Positions 37,525 to 46,152 of a stretch of 64,000 bases of DNA are shown here, piece by piece (positions within the stretch are counted from its first letter, which is position 1; each line of letters starts with the position of its first letter). The stretch comes from an uncultured Candidatus Saccharibacteria bacterium (GTDB lineage: Bacteria; Patescibacteriota; Minisyncoccia; Phycocordibacterales; UBA2100), in NCBI GenBank assembly GCA_964512835.1, contig CAZELA010000001.1:297372-361371 (forward strand), given 5' to 3'. The position numbers and the translations under genes are program-made. Under the pieces are notes generated by a model. The model was not told the DNA's origin, searched no databases, and saw only the letters and a list, made by a program, of their open reading frames with translations.

Positions 37525-38478
37525 ATGACAGCCATTCATAAGCACGACCGCTATCGCGGCGCGATGGTCGGATTGCTCGGTGGTGACGAAATCGGGGGTC
37601 CGTACGAGACGTGGGGTGCTGCGGAAATCGCTGCAGACATTGATCGTCGCGGCGGCCTCACCATGTTCGACTATGTGAGTCCGTGGGCAAAGCTGCTTGA
37701 AGGCTCCACGAAGGTGCTGCCGAAGGGGCGCCCGACGGATGATTCCGATCACGCTGCAGCGCTCGGATTGAGCCTCGTCGAGCATCGTCGGGTCGTCCCC
37801 GAAGACATCTATGCTCGGCTTCGTCGGATTACATTCGAGCACGTGAGTCCGCTGTGGAACGGTGTCGCAAAGAATGCCGGCCACACGACACGAACAATGC
37901 TTCGTCCGGCAACGCTTGCAGAATCGCAAGCGCTTACCGTCGAAACATATCCGAGCAACGGTTCGCTCATGCGTGCGGCTGCGCTCTCGCTTTTCTACGG
38001 CTCCTTCGAAGCTGCGGATCACGTAGTCATCGATTCGGTAACGCGCATCACGCACCGGCATGAGGTTGTCGAAGATTGCACCGGCGCGTTTGTCGCGACA
38101 CTGTGCAATCTGCTCGAAGGTCATGATCCCGAATATTCGATCAAATCGCATATCGGATTCTCGCTCTCTGATCATGTGAGCATGCACTGCGATAGGGTCA
38201 CACCGAAAGACCCCGGCACGTGGCCGGCTCGTGGAGCGGCAACGTTCACGCTGCATGTTGCATATTGGTCTTTGATGCACGCAACCAGTTATGCCGACGG
38301 TATCGAAAAGGCGATTCGTGTCGGAGGTGATTCGGAAACCTATGCAGCGGTTGCGGGGGCACTTTTGGGTGCTCGGTTCGGCATTCACGACATCCCTGGT
38401 GCATGGCGCAAAGACATGATGGGTGTCGACGTGATGCTCGGCATTGCCGACGACCTGTACGAGATCGCTCACCGCTGA
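37525..38478 (+). CDS. ADP-ribosylglycohydrolase family protein
   Basis: RYRGAMVGLLGGDEIGGPYE N-terminal motif, NGSLMRAAAL, GGDSETYAAVAGALLGARFG. AGGAGGAA RBS before ATG 37525. Confidence 0.8.
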   Translation: MTAIHKHDRYRGAMVGLLGGDEIGGPYETWGAAEIAADIDRRGGLTMFDYVSPWAKLLEGSTKVLPKGRPTDDSDHAAALGLSLVEHRRVVPEDIYARLRRITFEHVSPLWNGVAKNAGHTTRTMLRPATLAESQALTVETYPSNGSLMRAAALSLFYGSFEAADHVVIDSVTRITHRHEVVEDCTGAFVATLCNLLEGHDPEYSIKSHIGFSLSDHVSMHCDRVTPKDPGTWPARGAATFTLHVAYWSLMHATSYADGIEKAIRVGGDSETYAAVAGALLGARFGIHDIPGAWRKDMMGVDVMLGIADDLYEIAHR

Positions 38479-38493
38479 GGTGGGTACTAAAAA

Positions 38494-38530
38494 ACGGCCG
38501 CCTTTCGAGGCGGCCGTGCTTTTATATAAT
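38494..38530. terminator. bidirectional terminator between the ADP-ribosylglycohydrolase and NrtR genes
   Basis: ACGGCCGCC-tttcga-GGCGGCCGT hairpin with AAAAAA upstream and TTTTATATAATTT downstream. Confidence 0.75.
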
Positions 38531-39220
38531 TTCAATCTCTTTGACCTTGTCGCTCGCAAACCGATACAGCTGCGCGGGCCGGAAGCGTCCGCCGGTTCGC
38601 TTGCGCGGCAGTTCTTTGAGAATATCGAGCTTCAGGATTTTTTTACGGAAATTGCGCTTATCAAGTTCGTGACCGAGCGTAGCCTCGTACATTTGTTCGA
38701 GCTCCGTCAGCGTGAACTCTTTCGGCATGAGCTTACCGATCAGTGTTGTGTAGGTCATGCGCGAATGTAGGCGAGTGAGTGCTACAGACAGCATGTCGGT
38801 GTGATCGTATGCAAGCGTGACTTTCTTGCCGGCGGGGGCCCACCAGCAATCATCTGTGTCGGACTGTTCCGTGTGCGAGAGCGAGCTCCACGGAACATAC
38901 GCGATGTAGCCCACGGCGACCACGCGCCCGCGCGGATCGCGATCGACTTGGCTGAATGTATAGAGCTGTTCCATGTACACCTTGTCGGGATCGACACATG
39001 CTTTTGCAGAGAGGTGACGGCGCGCGGCGTCTTCTGCGGTTTCTTTCGGATCAATAAGGCCGCCGGGGAATCCCTGTGAGTTTGCGAAGTAGGGTGGTCG
39101 ATTCACGGCAACGAGTCGCATATGAAGCTGACCGTCCTTGACGGTAAACAGCGTGACGTCGGTTGCGAGCACCGCAAAGCGCAGATGCTCCGGAGAGGGA
39201 ACGAATGTTCCGTTGGACAT
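38522..39220 (-). CDS. nrtR: NrtR-family Nudix-related transcriptional regulator
   Basis: Degenerate Nudix domain with EQLYTFSQVDRDPRGRVVAVGYIA signature. C-terminal winged helix EFTLTELEQMYEATLGHELDKRNFRKKIL. Confidence 0.75.
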   Translation of the reverse strand: MSNGTFVPSPEHLRFAVLATDVTLFTVKDGQLHMRLVAVNRPPYFANSQGFPGGLIDPKETAEDAARRHLSAKACVDPDKVYMEQLYTFSQVDRDPRGRVVAVGYIAYVPWSSLSHTEQSDTDDCWWAPAGKKVTLAYDHTDMLSVALTRLHSRMTYTTLIGKLMPKEFTLTELEQMYEATLGHELDKRNFRKKILKLDILKELPRKRTGGRFRPAQLYRFASDKVKEIEII

Positions 39221-39287
39221 AGATACACTGTACAGAACAAATAGTTATTGTCAAATATACACTTATCAACAGGTTATTTAGTGTAGT

Positions 39288-39447
39288 ATTGACACTATGT
39301 GAAACCGGGAATACTGTGCGAAGTAGGAGTAGGACATTTGTTCTCTGACATAGTGCGTACATATATTGACAGTGTCAGTTCAAAATGTGACAGTTTCGCC
39401 GGTTTGCTACTTCGTTAGCACATGGTCTTTGACAGTGTGCTAGTGAA
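39288..39447. promoter_or_regulatory. three direct repeats T(A/T)TTGACA(C/G)T(A/G)TG in the nrtR-operon intergenic region (candidate operators or promoters)
   Basis: tattgacactatgtg 39288, tattgacagtgtcag 39364 (with TGTCA-N10-TGACA inverted repeat), tttgacagtgtgcta 39434. Confidence 0.45.
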
Positions 39448-39465
39448 TCTAAGGTAACTGAAACT
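39437..39465 (+). promoter_or_regulatory. putative sigma-70-type promoter of the 39493-44749 operon
   Basis: TTGACA-N16-TAAGGT, then AGAGGAGAA RBS 8 nt before ATG 39493. Confidence 0.35.
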
Positions 39466-39492
39466 GAGTTCAACCCAGAGGAGAACTACCAG

Positions 39493-40686
39493 ATGACGAC
39501 CGAATCCAATGCCGCACCCGCGGTTGTGCCGCAGGCGTGGATCGACTACATCGGCCCGTTCGTTTCCGTGATCGGCAAGCCGATCGAGGACGTGAATACG
39601 GCGCTCAGCTCCATCGTCGGCGACCCCGGCGACCAGGCGATCGCGCTCCTCAAGGACGCGAACCTGACCCCGGACGCCGCGATCAAGAGTGCGTTCCAGG
39701 GTATGCCGCTCGGCATTCTGAATCTCGCGATCACCAAGCTCCGTGCGGCACCTGTTGCCGCCACGCCGGTTTCGTTCGGCGGGCTCGATATTCTGCCCGA
39801 CGTGCCGACCGAGCAATCGTGGCTCTCGGCGCTCCGCGCAGGCGGGGCACTGAAGGTCAGTCAGGCGACGGTCACCTCTGCGATTCGTGCGACGCTCGCT
39901 CACCGCGCCGGTCTCTACGACCTGCCGGCGATCCTGGTCGAACGCATCGAGAAGTTCGCCGATGACAACGCCGAGCAAGTCGGCACCGACTTCTTCGCGC
40001 TGCGCAAGCAGTTGCGCAAGAAGGAGTACGCCGAAGTGTTCGAGGCGATCGGCATCGACGGTCTCGACGGCAACTACGTCACCGACAAGCGCAAGAATGA
40101 TCTGTTCGTCCGCATCGACGGCGACCTGTGGCCTGCCATCGTGTCCTTCCAGGGCACGCTGAAGGGCTGGGTCGACTCGTGGCAGACGCAGTCCAACAAT
40201 CCCGGACTGATGATGCAGAACATGATGGCGATCATGTCGGGCGGCGTCGGCGCCGTTCCGCAGGCATTCATGATGCAGGCGCCGGATACCGGCGTGCTGC
40301 ACGATGCGGCCGACGGCTTCAACGACGTGATCAACAAGGTCTTCGCCGGCACCCGCATGCCGATCGCCAGTGCGCTCGCGCACGAAGCGACGCAGATCGT
40401 GAAGACGCTCGAGAATCCGGCACTGCCCGGATATATCGGTGCGGCCAATCGCGATCAGATGCTGCGTATGCTCGGCGTCGAAGTTGCGGCAACGTATCCG
40501 CGCATGGAGGTCAATCTGATCAAGTACGTGATGAGCGTGCTCAAGATCAAGGACCTCTCGGCCGGACCGGAAGAGCAGCAGTTCTTCGTCGCGCTCTCGA
40601 TGCTGGGCAATTCGATCCCGTGGGATCAGCTCGGCCTCGGCAAGCGCAATCGTCCCGACACTGAGCGGCGCCCTCGCGCGCTGTAA
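39493..40686 (+). CDS. hypothetical protein (397 aa), first gene of operon
   Basis: Ala/Gly-rich, no recognised motifs. Confidence 0.5.
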   Translation: MTTESNAAPAVVPQAWIDYIGPFVSVIGKPIEDVNTALSSIVGDPGDQAIALLKDANLTPDAAIKSAFQGMPLGILNLAITKLRAAPVAATPVSFGGLDILPDVPTEQSWLSALRAGGALKVSQATVTSAIRATLAHRAGLYDLPAILVERIEKFADDNAEQVGTDFFALRKQLRKKEYAEVFEAIGIDGLDGNYVTDKRKNDLFVRIDGDLWPAIVSFQGTLKGWVDSWQTQSNNPGLMMQNMMAIMSGGVGAVPQAFMMQAPDTGVLHDAADGFNDVINKVFAGTRMPIASALAHEATQIVKTLENPALPGYIGAANRDQMLRMLGVEVAATYPRMEVNLIKYVMSVLKIKDLSAGPEEQQFFVALSMLGNSIPWDQLGLGKRNRPDTERRPRAL

Positions 40687-40755
40687 CAGAACGGACATCA
40701 ATGGGAGGCGGCACCGTTCGGTGCCGCCTCGAATTCTTTGAAAAGGATTGCACCG

Positions 40756-41868
40756 ATGATGGATGCAGATCTTCTGCCCGTCTACGAACGCATCATGCAG
40801 GCCGCACGGCCTGAGGATGTGTTCGAAGAATTGTCGGTCGTGCTTCCGCCGCGTCTCATGGAAAAGCATTTACAACCCGAAATGGATGCGATGCGTACCG
40901 TGCTTGATGCGGACCGCTACTCGTCACTCGATGACAAGGAGGCGGCACGACTCGCCAAGCCGAAGCTCGAAGAGTTCTATCGGATGGCGCTCGAGCGCGC
41001 GGCCAAAGGCCTCTACGCGCCCGAGGACTACACGCCCTACGTTCCGACCGGCAACGGTCGGACGATCATCGTCGACGGCACGACATATACGGTCGGTGAA
41101 AAGTTCCACGTGGGAGAGCATTCCGCTCTCTACAAGGGACGCATGGCGATCGATCAGGGAAGCGCAGGGGTCATCATCCGGATCGCGAATGATCCGGATA
41201 CCAATCCCTACGTTCTCAACGAGATCGGCATGCTCGATCAATTGCATCGTGTCGACGTCGGATACTGGCGTCACATTCCGTTCATGCTCGGCCGCTTTTC
41301 CGCGGGCGATCGTATCGGTCTTGTGACGCGCTACTTCTCCGGGCATACGCTCACCGAGGTGCGCGCAAACAAACTGCATCGCGATGGTCTCGACCAGCGC
41401 CATGTTGTGTGGGTGCTCGACAGAATGCTCGGGCTTATGTGGTACTACCACGAGCTCGGCATCGTCCACGGTCGGATCGAGCCGGAGAGAATCCGTGTTC
41501 GGCCGTACAACCACAATGCGCTCCTTACCGGCTGGGGACACGCGGTCTTCAAGCCGGCGATCACCGGACAGAAGCTTGCTTCTGTCGGCGGAATATTCGA
41601 AGCCCCGGAAATCGGGGATTCGGGTGCCGTCGGTCCCTGGACCGACATCTATAGTCTCGGCAAAACGCTCATCTGGCTCATCGGCGGCGATCCTGCCACC
41701 AATGAAATGCCCGATCGTGTCGAACCGAAACTGCGACAGTTTCTGGCGAACATGGTGTGGAAGAGCCCCAAGGCTCGACCGCACAATGCCCGTCAGCTCT
41801 ACGACGCTCAAAACAGGTTGAAAGACACCCTGTGGGAGCGGCGATTCGTCCACATGCCCATGGCATAA
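40756..41868 (+). CDS. protein-kinase-fold protein with degenerate catalytic motifs (pseudokinase-like)
   Basis: VGEHSALYKG (Gly-loop-like), VIIRIA (VAIK with K to R), NEIGMLDQL (C-helix Glu), HELGIVHGRIEPERIRV (HRD/HGD loop with D to G/R), GWG for DFG, TDIYSLGKTLIWLIGG (subdomain IX). Confidence 0.6.
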   Translation: MMDADLLPVYERIMQAARPEDVFEELSVVLPPRLMEKHLQPEMDAMRTVLDADRYSSLDDKEAARLAKPKLEEFYRMALERAAKGLYAPEDYTPYVPTGNGRTIIVDGTTYTVGEKFHVGEHSALYKGRMAIDQGSAGVIIRIANDPDTNPYVLNEIGMLDQLHRVDVGYWRHIPFMLGRFSAGDRIGLVTRYFSGHTLTEVRANKLHRDGLDQRHVVWVLDRMLGLMWYYHELGIVHGRIEPERIRVRPYNHNALLTGWGHAVFKPAITGQKLASVGGIFEAPEIGDSGAVGPWTDIYSLGKTLIWLIGGDPATNEMPDRVEPKLRQFLANMVWKSPKARPHNARQLYDAQNRLKDTLWERRFVHMPMA

Positions 41869-41882
41869 CAAGGGAGACTACC

Positions 41883-43322
41883 GTGAAGACATCAAGGATC
41901 AGTTCACGCGCCGACGCAGAGGTTGCACTCACCAATGTGCGCTCCAGCGCGGCCGCGTTCTCGCATAGCGAAGCCATGACGCGCTCCGGCGCCGGACGGT
42001 GTCATCCGAACCTCAACCCGAAGGGTGTGGTTCGCGAGTGTCTCGATACGAGGCAGATGCCGTTCGTCACGCCGATCGCGATCGGCATGGATATCACGAA
42101 GTCGCGCGGCAACGATGCGCGAATCGTGTACGAACAGACGATGCCGCTTTTGGGCTCGTTGTTCATGTCGGGCGCCGTCACCGATCCGCAGATTCTGTTT
42201 GCGGGTATCGGCGACGCGACCGTCGACACGGCGCCGCTCCAGGTGGGGCAGTTCGAGTCCGATGACCGCATGGACAAGGATCTCGAGCGTATGTGGCTCG
42301 AGGGCGGCGGCGGCGGAACAGGCCAGGAGTCGTACGAGCTGTTTGCGTATCTGCTCGCTCGCAAGACCAAGATCGACGCGATCGACAAGCGCGGCAAGAA
42401 GGGCTATTGCTTCTTCACCGCCGACGAAGCGCCGTATCCGAGCGTGAAGAAGGCCGAAGTCGAGACCGTCTTCGGTGACAAGCTGAAGAAGGACATCCCG
42501 ACGCCGGATATTTTCGCGGAGTTACAGAAGAAGTTCCGCACCTTCCTGATCTATCCGGGTAAGCCGATGGCGGAACGTCAGGATGACATCGATGCCGAGA
42601 TTCGTCAGCGCTTGCTGAAGGCCGGCGGCCGGTTCGAGAACTGCTCGATCCGGGCGACGCTGATCTGGAACAATTTCAATGACCTGGATCTGCATGTCGT
42701 GACGCCGGATCGCGATCACATCTATTACGGCAATCGCACCTCCAGGTGCGGCGGCGCGCTCGATGTGGATCGCAACGCGACCGGTCGCGAGACCCGCGAG
42801 CCCGTGGAGAATATCCGCTGGCCCAAGGGGACCGCGAAGCCGGGCAAGTATCGTGTCTACGTCCAGAACTTCGCCGAGCACGAACGCAACGGCAAGGATA
42901 CGCCGTTCAAGGTCGAGCTCGATCTCGACGGCACGATCAAGACCTTCGAGGGTGTCATGAAGGCCGGCACCACCAAGGGGCCGAGCGACACGATCGCGTT
43001 CGAGTTCGACTACGTGCCGAAAGGCATGCAGCAGGCGAACGCGCAGGGTCGCGAGGCCTACGCCGACGAGACCATCCTCGGCGAGTGGCGCACGTGCATT
43101 CCGGACGGCCACATCATCCGGCTGACGGATGCGAAGTGGACGACCGAAGCCATGATCGGCGTCATGGGTATCCAGAGCGGAAAGAAGACACTCAGGCAGG
43201 TCCTCGCGGACATGCATGAACGTGCCGTCGATCCGAAGGGTATCAAGGACGTCGAGCTCGCGCTCAAGCCGTTCGCCGCGCAGGCGGTGATCGACGAGGT
43301 CGGCGAAGAAGCATTCACTTGA
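41883..43322 (+). CDS. von Willebrand factor A (MIDAS) domain protein with C-terminal beta-rich domain
   Basis: GTG 41883 after AAGGGAGA. IAIGMDITKS (DxTxS MIDAS), GGGGGTGQESYELFA (Thr motif), YCFFTADEAPY (Asp motif). Confidence 0.55.
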   Translation: MKTSRISSRADAEVALTNVRSSAAAFSHSEAMTRSGAGRCHPNLNPKGVVRECLDTRQMPFVTPIAIGMDITKSRGNDARIVYEQTMPLLGSLFMSGAVTDPQILFAGIGDATVDTAPLQVGQFESDDRMDKDLERMWLEGGGGGTGQESYELFAYLLARKTKIDAIDKRGKKGYCFFTADEAPYPSVKKAEVETVFGDKLKKDIPTPDIFAELQKKFRTFLIYPGKPMAERQDDIDAEIRQRLLKAGGRFENCSIRATLIWNNFNDLDLHVVTPDRDHIYYGNRTSRCGGALDVDRNATGRETREPVENIRWPKGTAKPGKYRVYVQNFAEHERNGKDTPFKVELDLDGTIKTFEGVMKAGTTKGPSDTIAFEFDYVPKGMQQANAQGREAYADETILGEWRTCIPDGHIIRLTDAKWTTEAMIGVMGIQSGKKTLRQVLADMHERAVDPKGIKDVELALKPFAAQAVIDEVGEEAFT

Positions 43323-43405
43323 CACGCAGTCAGTACCATCGCACATTACGGGAGCGCCTTTCGGGGCGCTCCTTTGCTTTTGATCTTTTACACAGGGGAA
43401 TAGCA

Positions 43406-44749
43406 ATGAAAAAACACGCGACAATCGTCGTTGATCTCGGGTTCGGCGATGCGGGCAAAGGCACCATCGTTGATTACGTCGCGCGACGCGGCGGCTACGC
43501 CTCGGTCGTTCGATTCAACGGAGGCGGTCAGGCTGCACACAATGTGGTCCTACCCGACGGCCGACACCATACGTTCCGTCAGTTCGGAAGTGCCACGTTC
43601 GTTCCGGGAATTCGGACGCATCTCTCGCGCTTCATGCTCGTGGATCCGTTCGAACTCATTCACGAAGCGAATCTCCTGGTGGACGCCGGCGTTCGTGATC
43701 CGCTTGCGCGGCACTCGATCGACGAGCATGCGCTCGTCGTTGCTCCTCATAGCAAGAATGCCAATCGCGTGCGCGAAGCCCGTCGTGGAAACGGCAGGCA
43801 CGGCACGTGTGCAATGGGTATCGGCGAGACGATGGACATGTCGATCAAACATCCGGACATGGCCATCCGTGCGCGCGACCTGCTCGATCTGAGCGTAGTC
43901 ACACGCAAGTTGAATCGCATCGCGGAGTATGTTGCGGCCGAGTTCAAGGACGATTCGCTCTACAAGGAGCTGGAGAATACGCCGGCTGCGAGCCGCACGG
44001 GTGCGTGGTTCGCAGATGCGCCGCCGAGCGAGTGGGCAGGAATGCTTCACGAGATCGGAAAACGCATCACGATCGTCGACGACAAACATCTGTGGCGCAT
44101 CGCGCGCAGCGGAAACTTGCTGTTCGAAGGTTCGCAGGGAGTTTTGCTCGACGAATGGCGCGGATTTCATCCGTATACCACGTGGTCGACAACGACTGCA
44201 GAGAATGCTCGAACCTTGCTTCAGGAAGCAGGCTACGAGTATTCAACGGAGACGATCGGCGTCCTGCGCGCGTTTCATACGCGTCATGGCGAAGGTCCGT
44301 TCCCGACGGAAAATGCGACGCTCACGAAACTGCTACCCGATAGTCACAACGACAACATCGGTCCGCAGGGAGTGTTTCGTGTCGGCTGGTTTGATGCGGT
44401 GCTCGCACAGTACGCGCTTGATGTATGCGGCGGCGTTGATTCGCTTGCGATCACACATCTCGATCGCTTCGACGCACTGGCTGATCCGCAGATCTGCCTC
44501 GGATACAAATCTGCAAACGGTGCGTTTGCGCGAATTCCGGTGAATCCGGTCAAGGAAGATCTTGTTGCGCAGGCAGAGATCACGAAGTTGGTCGCGCGTG
44601 CGCAACCGCTGTACCAACCCGCGCGCCTGGTGGGCGATCCCTATGCCAGGATGATCGCAGACATGGTTTCGACACCGGTCTCGATCACATCGTACGGGCC
44701 GACCTCGGCGGACAAGCGAGCCCTCGGGAGGCGCGTTCGCGCAGCGTAA
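43406..44749 (+). CDS. adenylosuccinate synthetase (PurA) family protein, divergent paralog
   Basis: P-loop GDAGKGT (GDEGKGK), NGGGQAAHNV (GGHNAGHT), EGSQGVLLD (EGAQGTLLD), HTRHGEGPFPTE (STRVGAGPFPTE), VGWFD (TGWLD), ITHLDRFD (LTKLDVLD). Several PurA substrate motifs altered. Confidence 0.75.
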   Translation: MKKHATIVVDLGFGDAGKGTIVDYVARRGGYASVVRFNGGGQAAHNVVLPDGRHHTFRQFGSATFVPGIRTHLSRFMLVDPFELIHEANLLVDAGVRDPLARHSIDEHALVVAPHSKNANRVREARRGNGRHGTCAMGIGETMDMSIKHPDMAIRARDLLDLSVVTRKLNRIAEYVAAEFKDDSLYKELENTPAASRTGAWFADAPPSEWAGMLHEIGKRITIVDDKHLWRIARSGNLLFEGSQGVLLDEWRGFHPYTTWSTTTAENARTLLQEAGYEYSTETIGVLRAFHTRHGEGPFPTENATLTKLLPDSHNDNIGPQGVFRVGWFDAVLAQYALDVCGGVDSLAITHLDRFDALADPQICLGYKSANGAFARIPVNPVKEDLVAQAEITKLVARAQPLYQPARLVGDPYARMIADMVSTPVSITSYGPTSADKRALGRRVRAA

Positions 44750-44763
44750 GTTCTTTGAGACTC

Positions 44764-44799
44764 AGCCTTCGGCCCACGCCGAAGGCTGTTCTTTTTTTG
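44764..44799 (+). terminator. rho-independent terminator of the operon
   Basis: CAGCCTTCGG-cccacg-CCGAAGGCTG then TTCTTTTTTT. Confidence 0.8.
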
Positions 44800-44813
44800 T
44801 GTAGGATGTACGG

Positions 44814-45164
44814 ATGGCCACACAGCCCGAAACAATGGAATTCATATTAGAAAAACTTGGCGATGCCAAAACATTTACGTCGCGCATGATGTTCGGTGAG
44901 TATGCGCTCTACGCCAACGGCAAACCGGTCGGGTTTGTGTGCGACGACCTCCTGTACGTAAAGATTCTGCCGGAAAGCGCCGCACTAGAGGATGAATGCG
45001 AAAAGGGACACGCGTACCCGGGATCAAAGCTTTATTACATTGTGGAGGAATCGCAGCTCTCCTCGCTCGAAGACTTGCCGCAGCTGTTGATCGACATGGC
45101 AAAATCTATCCCGGCAAAGAAAAAGAAAGCCAAAAAGACTGCGCATACACGTTCGACTAAATAA
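44814..45164 (+). CDS. TfoX N-terminal domain protein
   Basis: MMFGEYALYANGKPVGFVCDDLLYVK pattern of TfoX/Sxy N-domain. Confidence 0.6.
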   Translation: MATQPETMEFILEKLGDAKTFTSRMMFGEYALYANGKPVGFVCDDLLYVKILPESAALEDECEKGHAYPGSKLYYIVEESQLSSLEDLPQLLIDMAKSIPAKKKKAKKTAHTRSTK

Positions 45165-45187
45165 GCGCGTCCGTGTACAATCGCGAT

Positions 45188-45301
45188 ATGGGACGAATTT
45201 CACCGATTGCGCCGCGAAAGTCGAAGTCTCGCAAGACCGCTAAGCGTCTCGCGAAAAAGGCTGACATGCTCAAGGCCCGCGCAGCAAAAAAGCGCGCGTA
45301 A
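45188..45301 (+). CDS. 37-aa highly basic peptide, speculative
   Basis: MGRISPIAPRKSKSRKTAKRLAKKADMLKARAAKKRA, followed by GCTCCGG-taac-CCGGGGC hairpin plus TTTTG. Confidence 0.35.
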   Translation: MGRISPIAPRKSKSRKTAKRLAKKADMLKARAAKKRA

Positions 45302-45360
45302 ATCACAAAAGCTCCGGTAACCCCGGGGCTTTTGACTTATAGGCTCGGAAGTTCATACTT

Positions 45361-46122
45361 TTGGGCATGAGACACACCTATCTGGCGGCAGGCATTATTG
45401 CGGTCGTCTCAGTCGGCGTACTGTTGTTCACGCACTATGACCGCGGTGGTGCAGAGCGTATCGTTGAGGAGCAGGGTGCGTATTCGTATACATGCATGAG
45501 CGACGGTGGCGAGAAAACACAGCTCTCGATGACTCCTTCGCCAGATCTGTCGTCGCTTCAGGTACGTTTCAATACGGAAGCGAATACCAGCGTATTGAAT
45601 CGCGCAGAGCCGCTTGCGGGACAAGCTGCTCGCTACATGAACGAAAACCTCACACTGAGTGGAGTCGGCGAGCGTGTCACATTCTTTTGGCATGACGAGG
45701 CGGGCTTTACCTGCGACCCGGTACCGAGTCAGACGGAGGCACCATTCAATTGGGGCGATCCGTCCGAGGGTGCGGCTGTCTCGCACGAAAGTGCCGAGGC
45801 CGTACGCGCGAACATCGTGGGGATGTGGCGCAGTGTCGAAGACCCCTTGTCGCTCAGAGAGTTTTTAAGTAGTGGCTCAGTGATCGATACCTACGACGAC
45901 AAAGAACCGTACCGCCAAGGGTGGACTGTTTTCACTAAAAACGATGTAGGAACGACAACGCTCGGGTTTACGCCGGAAGCGGGGCTGGTATATATCAACA
46001 TGCGGGAAGGCGGTGATTTCGTTCCCGGAATGTTTTTCAGCGTCGACAAGTTGACTGCCGATGAACTTGAAATGACGTTCATGGATCGGGGAAACAAGCT
46101 TACATACAAGCGCGTTCAGTAA
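45361..46122 (+). CDS. membrane-anchored hypothetical protein
   Basis: N-terminal TM anchor. No family recognised. Confidence 0.4.
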   Translation: MGMRHTYLAAGIIAVVSVGVLLFTHYDRGGAERIVEEQGAYSYTCMSDGGEKTQLSMTPSPDLSSLQVRFNTEANTSVLNRAEPLAGQAARYMNENLTLSGVGERVTFFWHDEAGFTCDPVPSQTEAPFNWGDPSEGAAVSHESAEAVRANIVGMWRSVEDPLSLREFLSSGSVIDTYDDKEPYRQGWTVFTKNDVGTTTLGFTPEAGLVYINMREGGDFVPGMFFSVDKLTADELEMTFMDRGNKLTYKRVQ

Positions 46123-46152
46123 AACTTAACAATTACGCGGTACAATCCCGTC

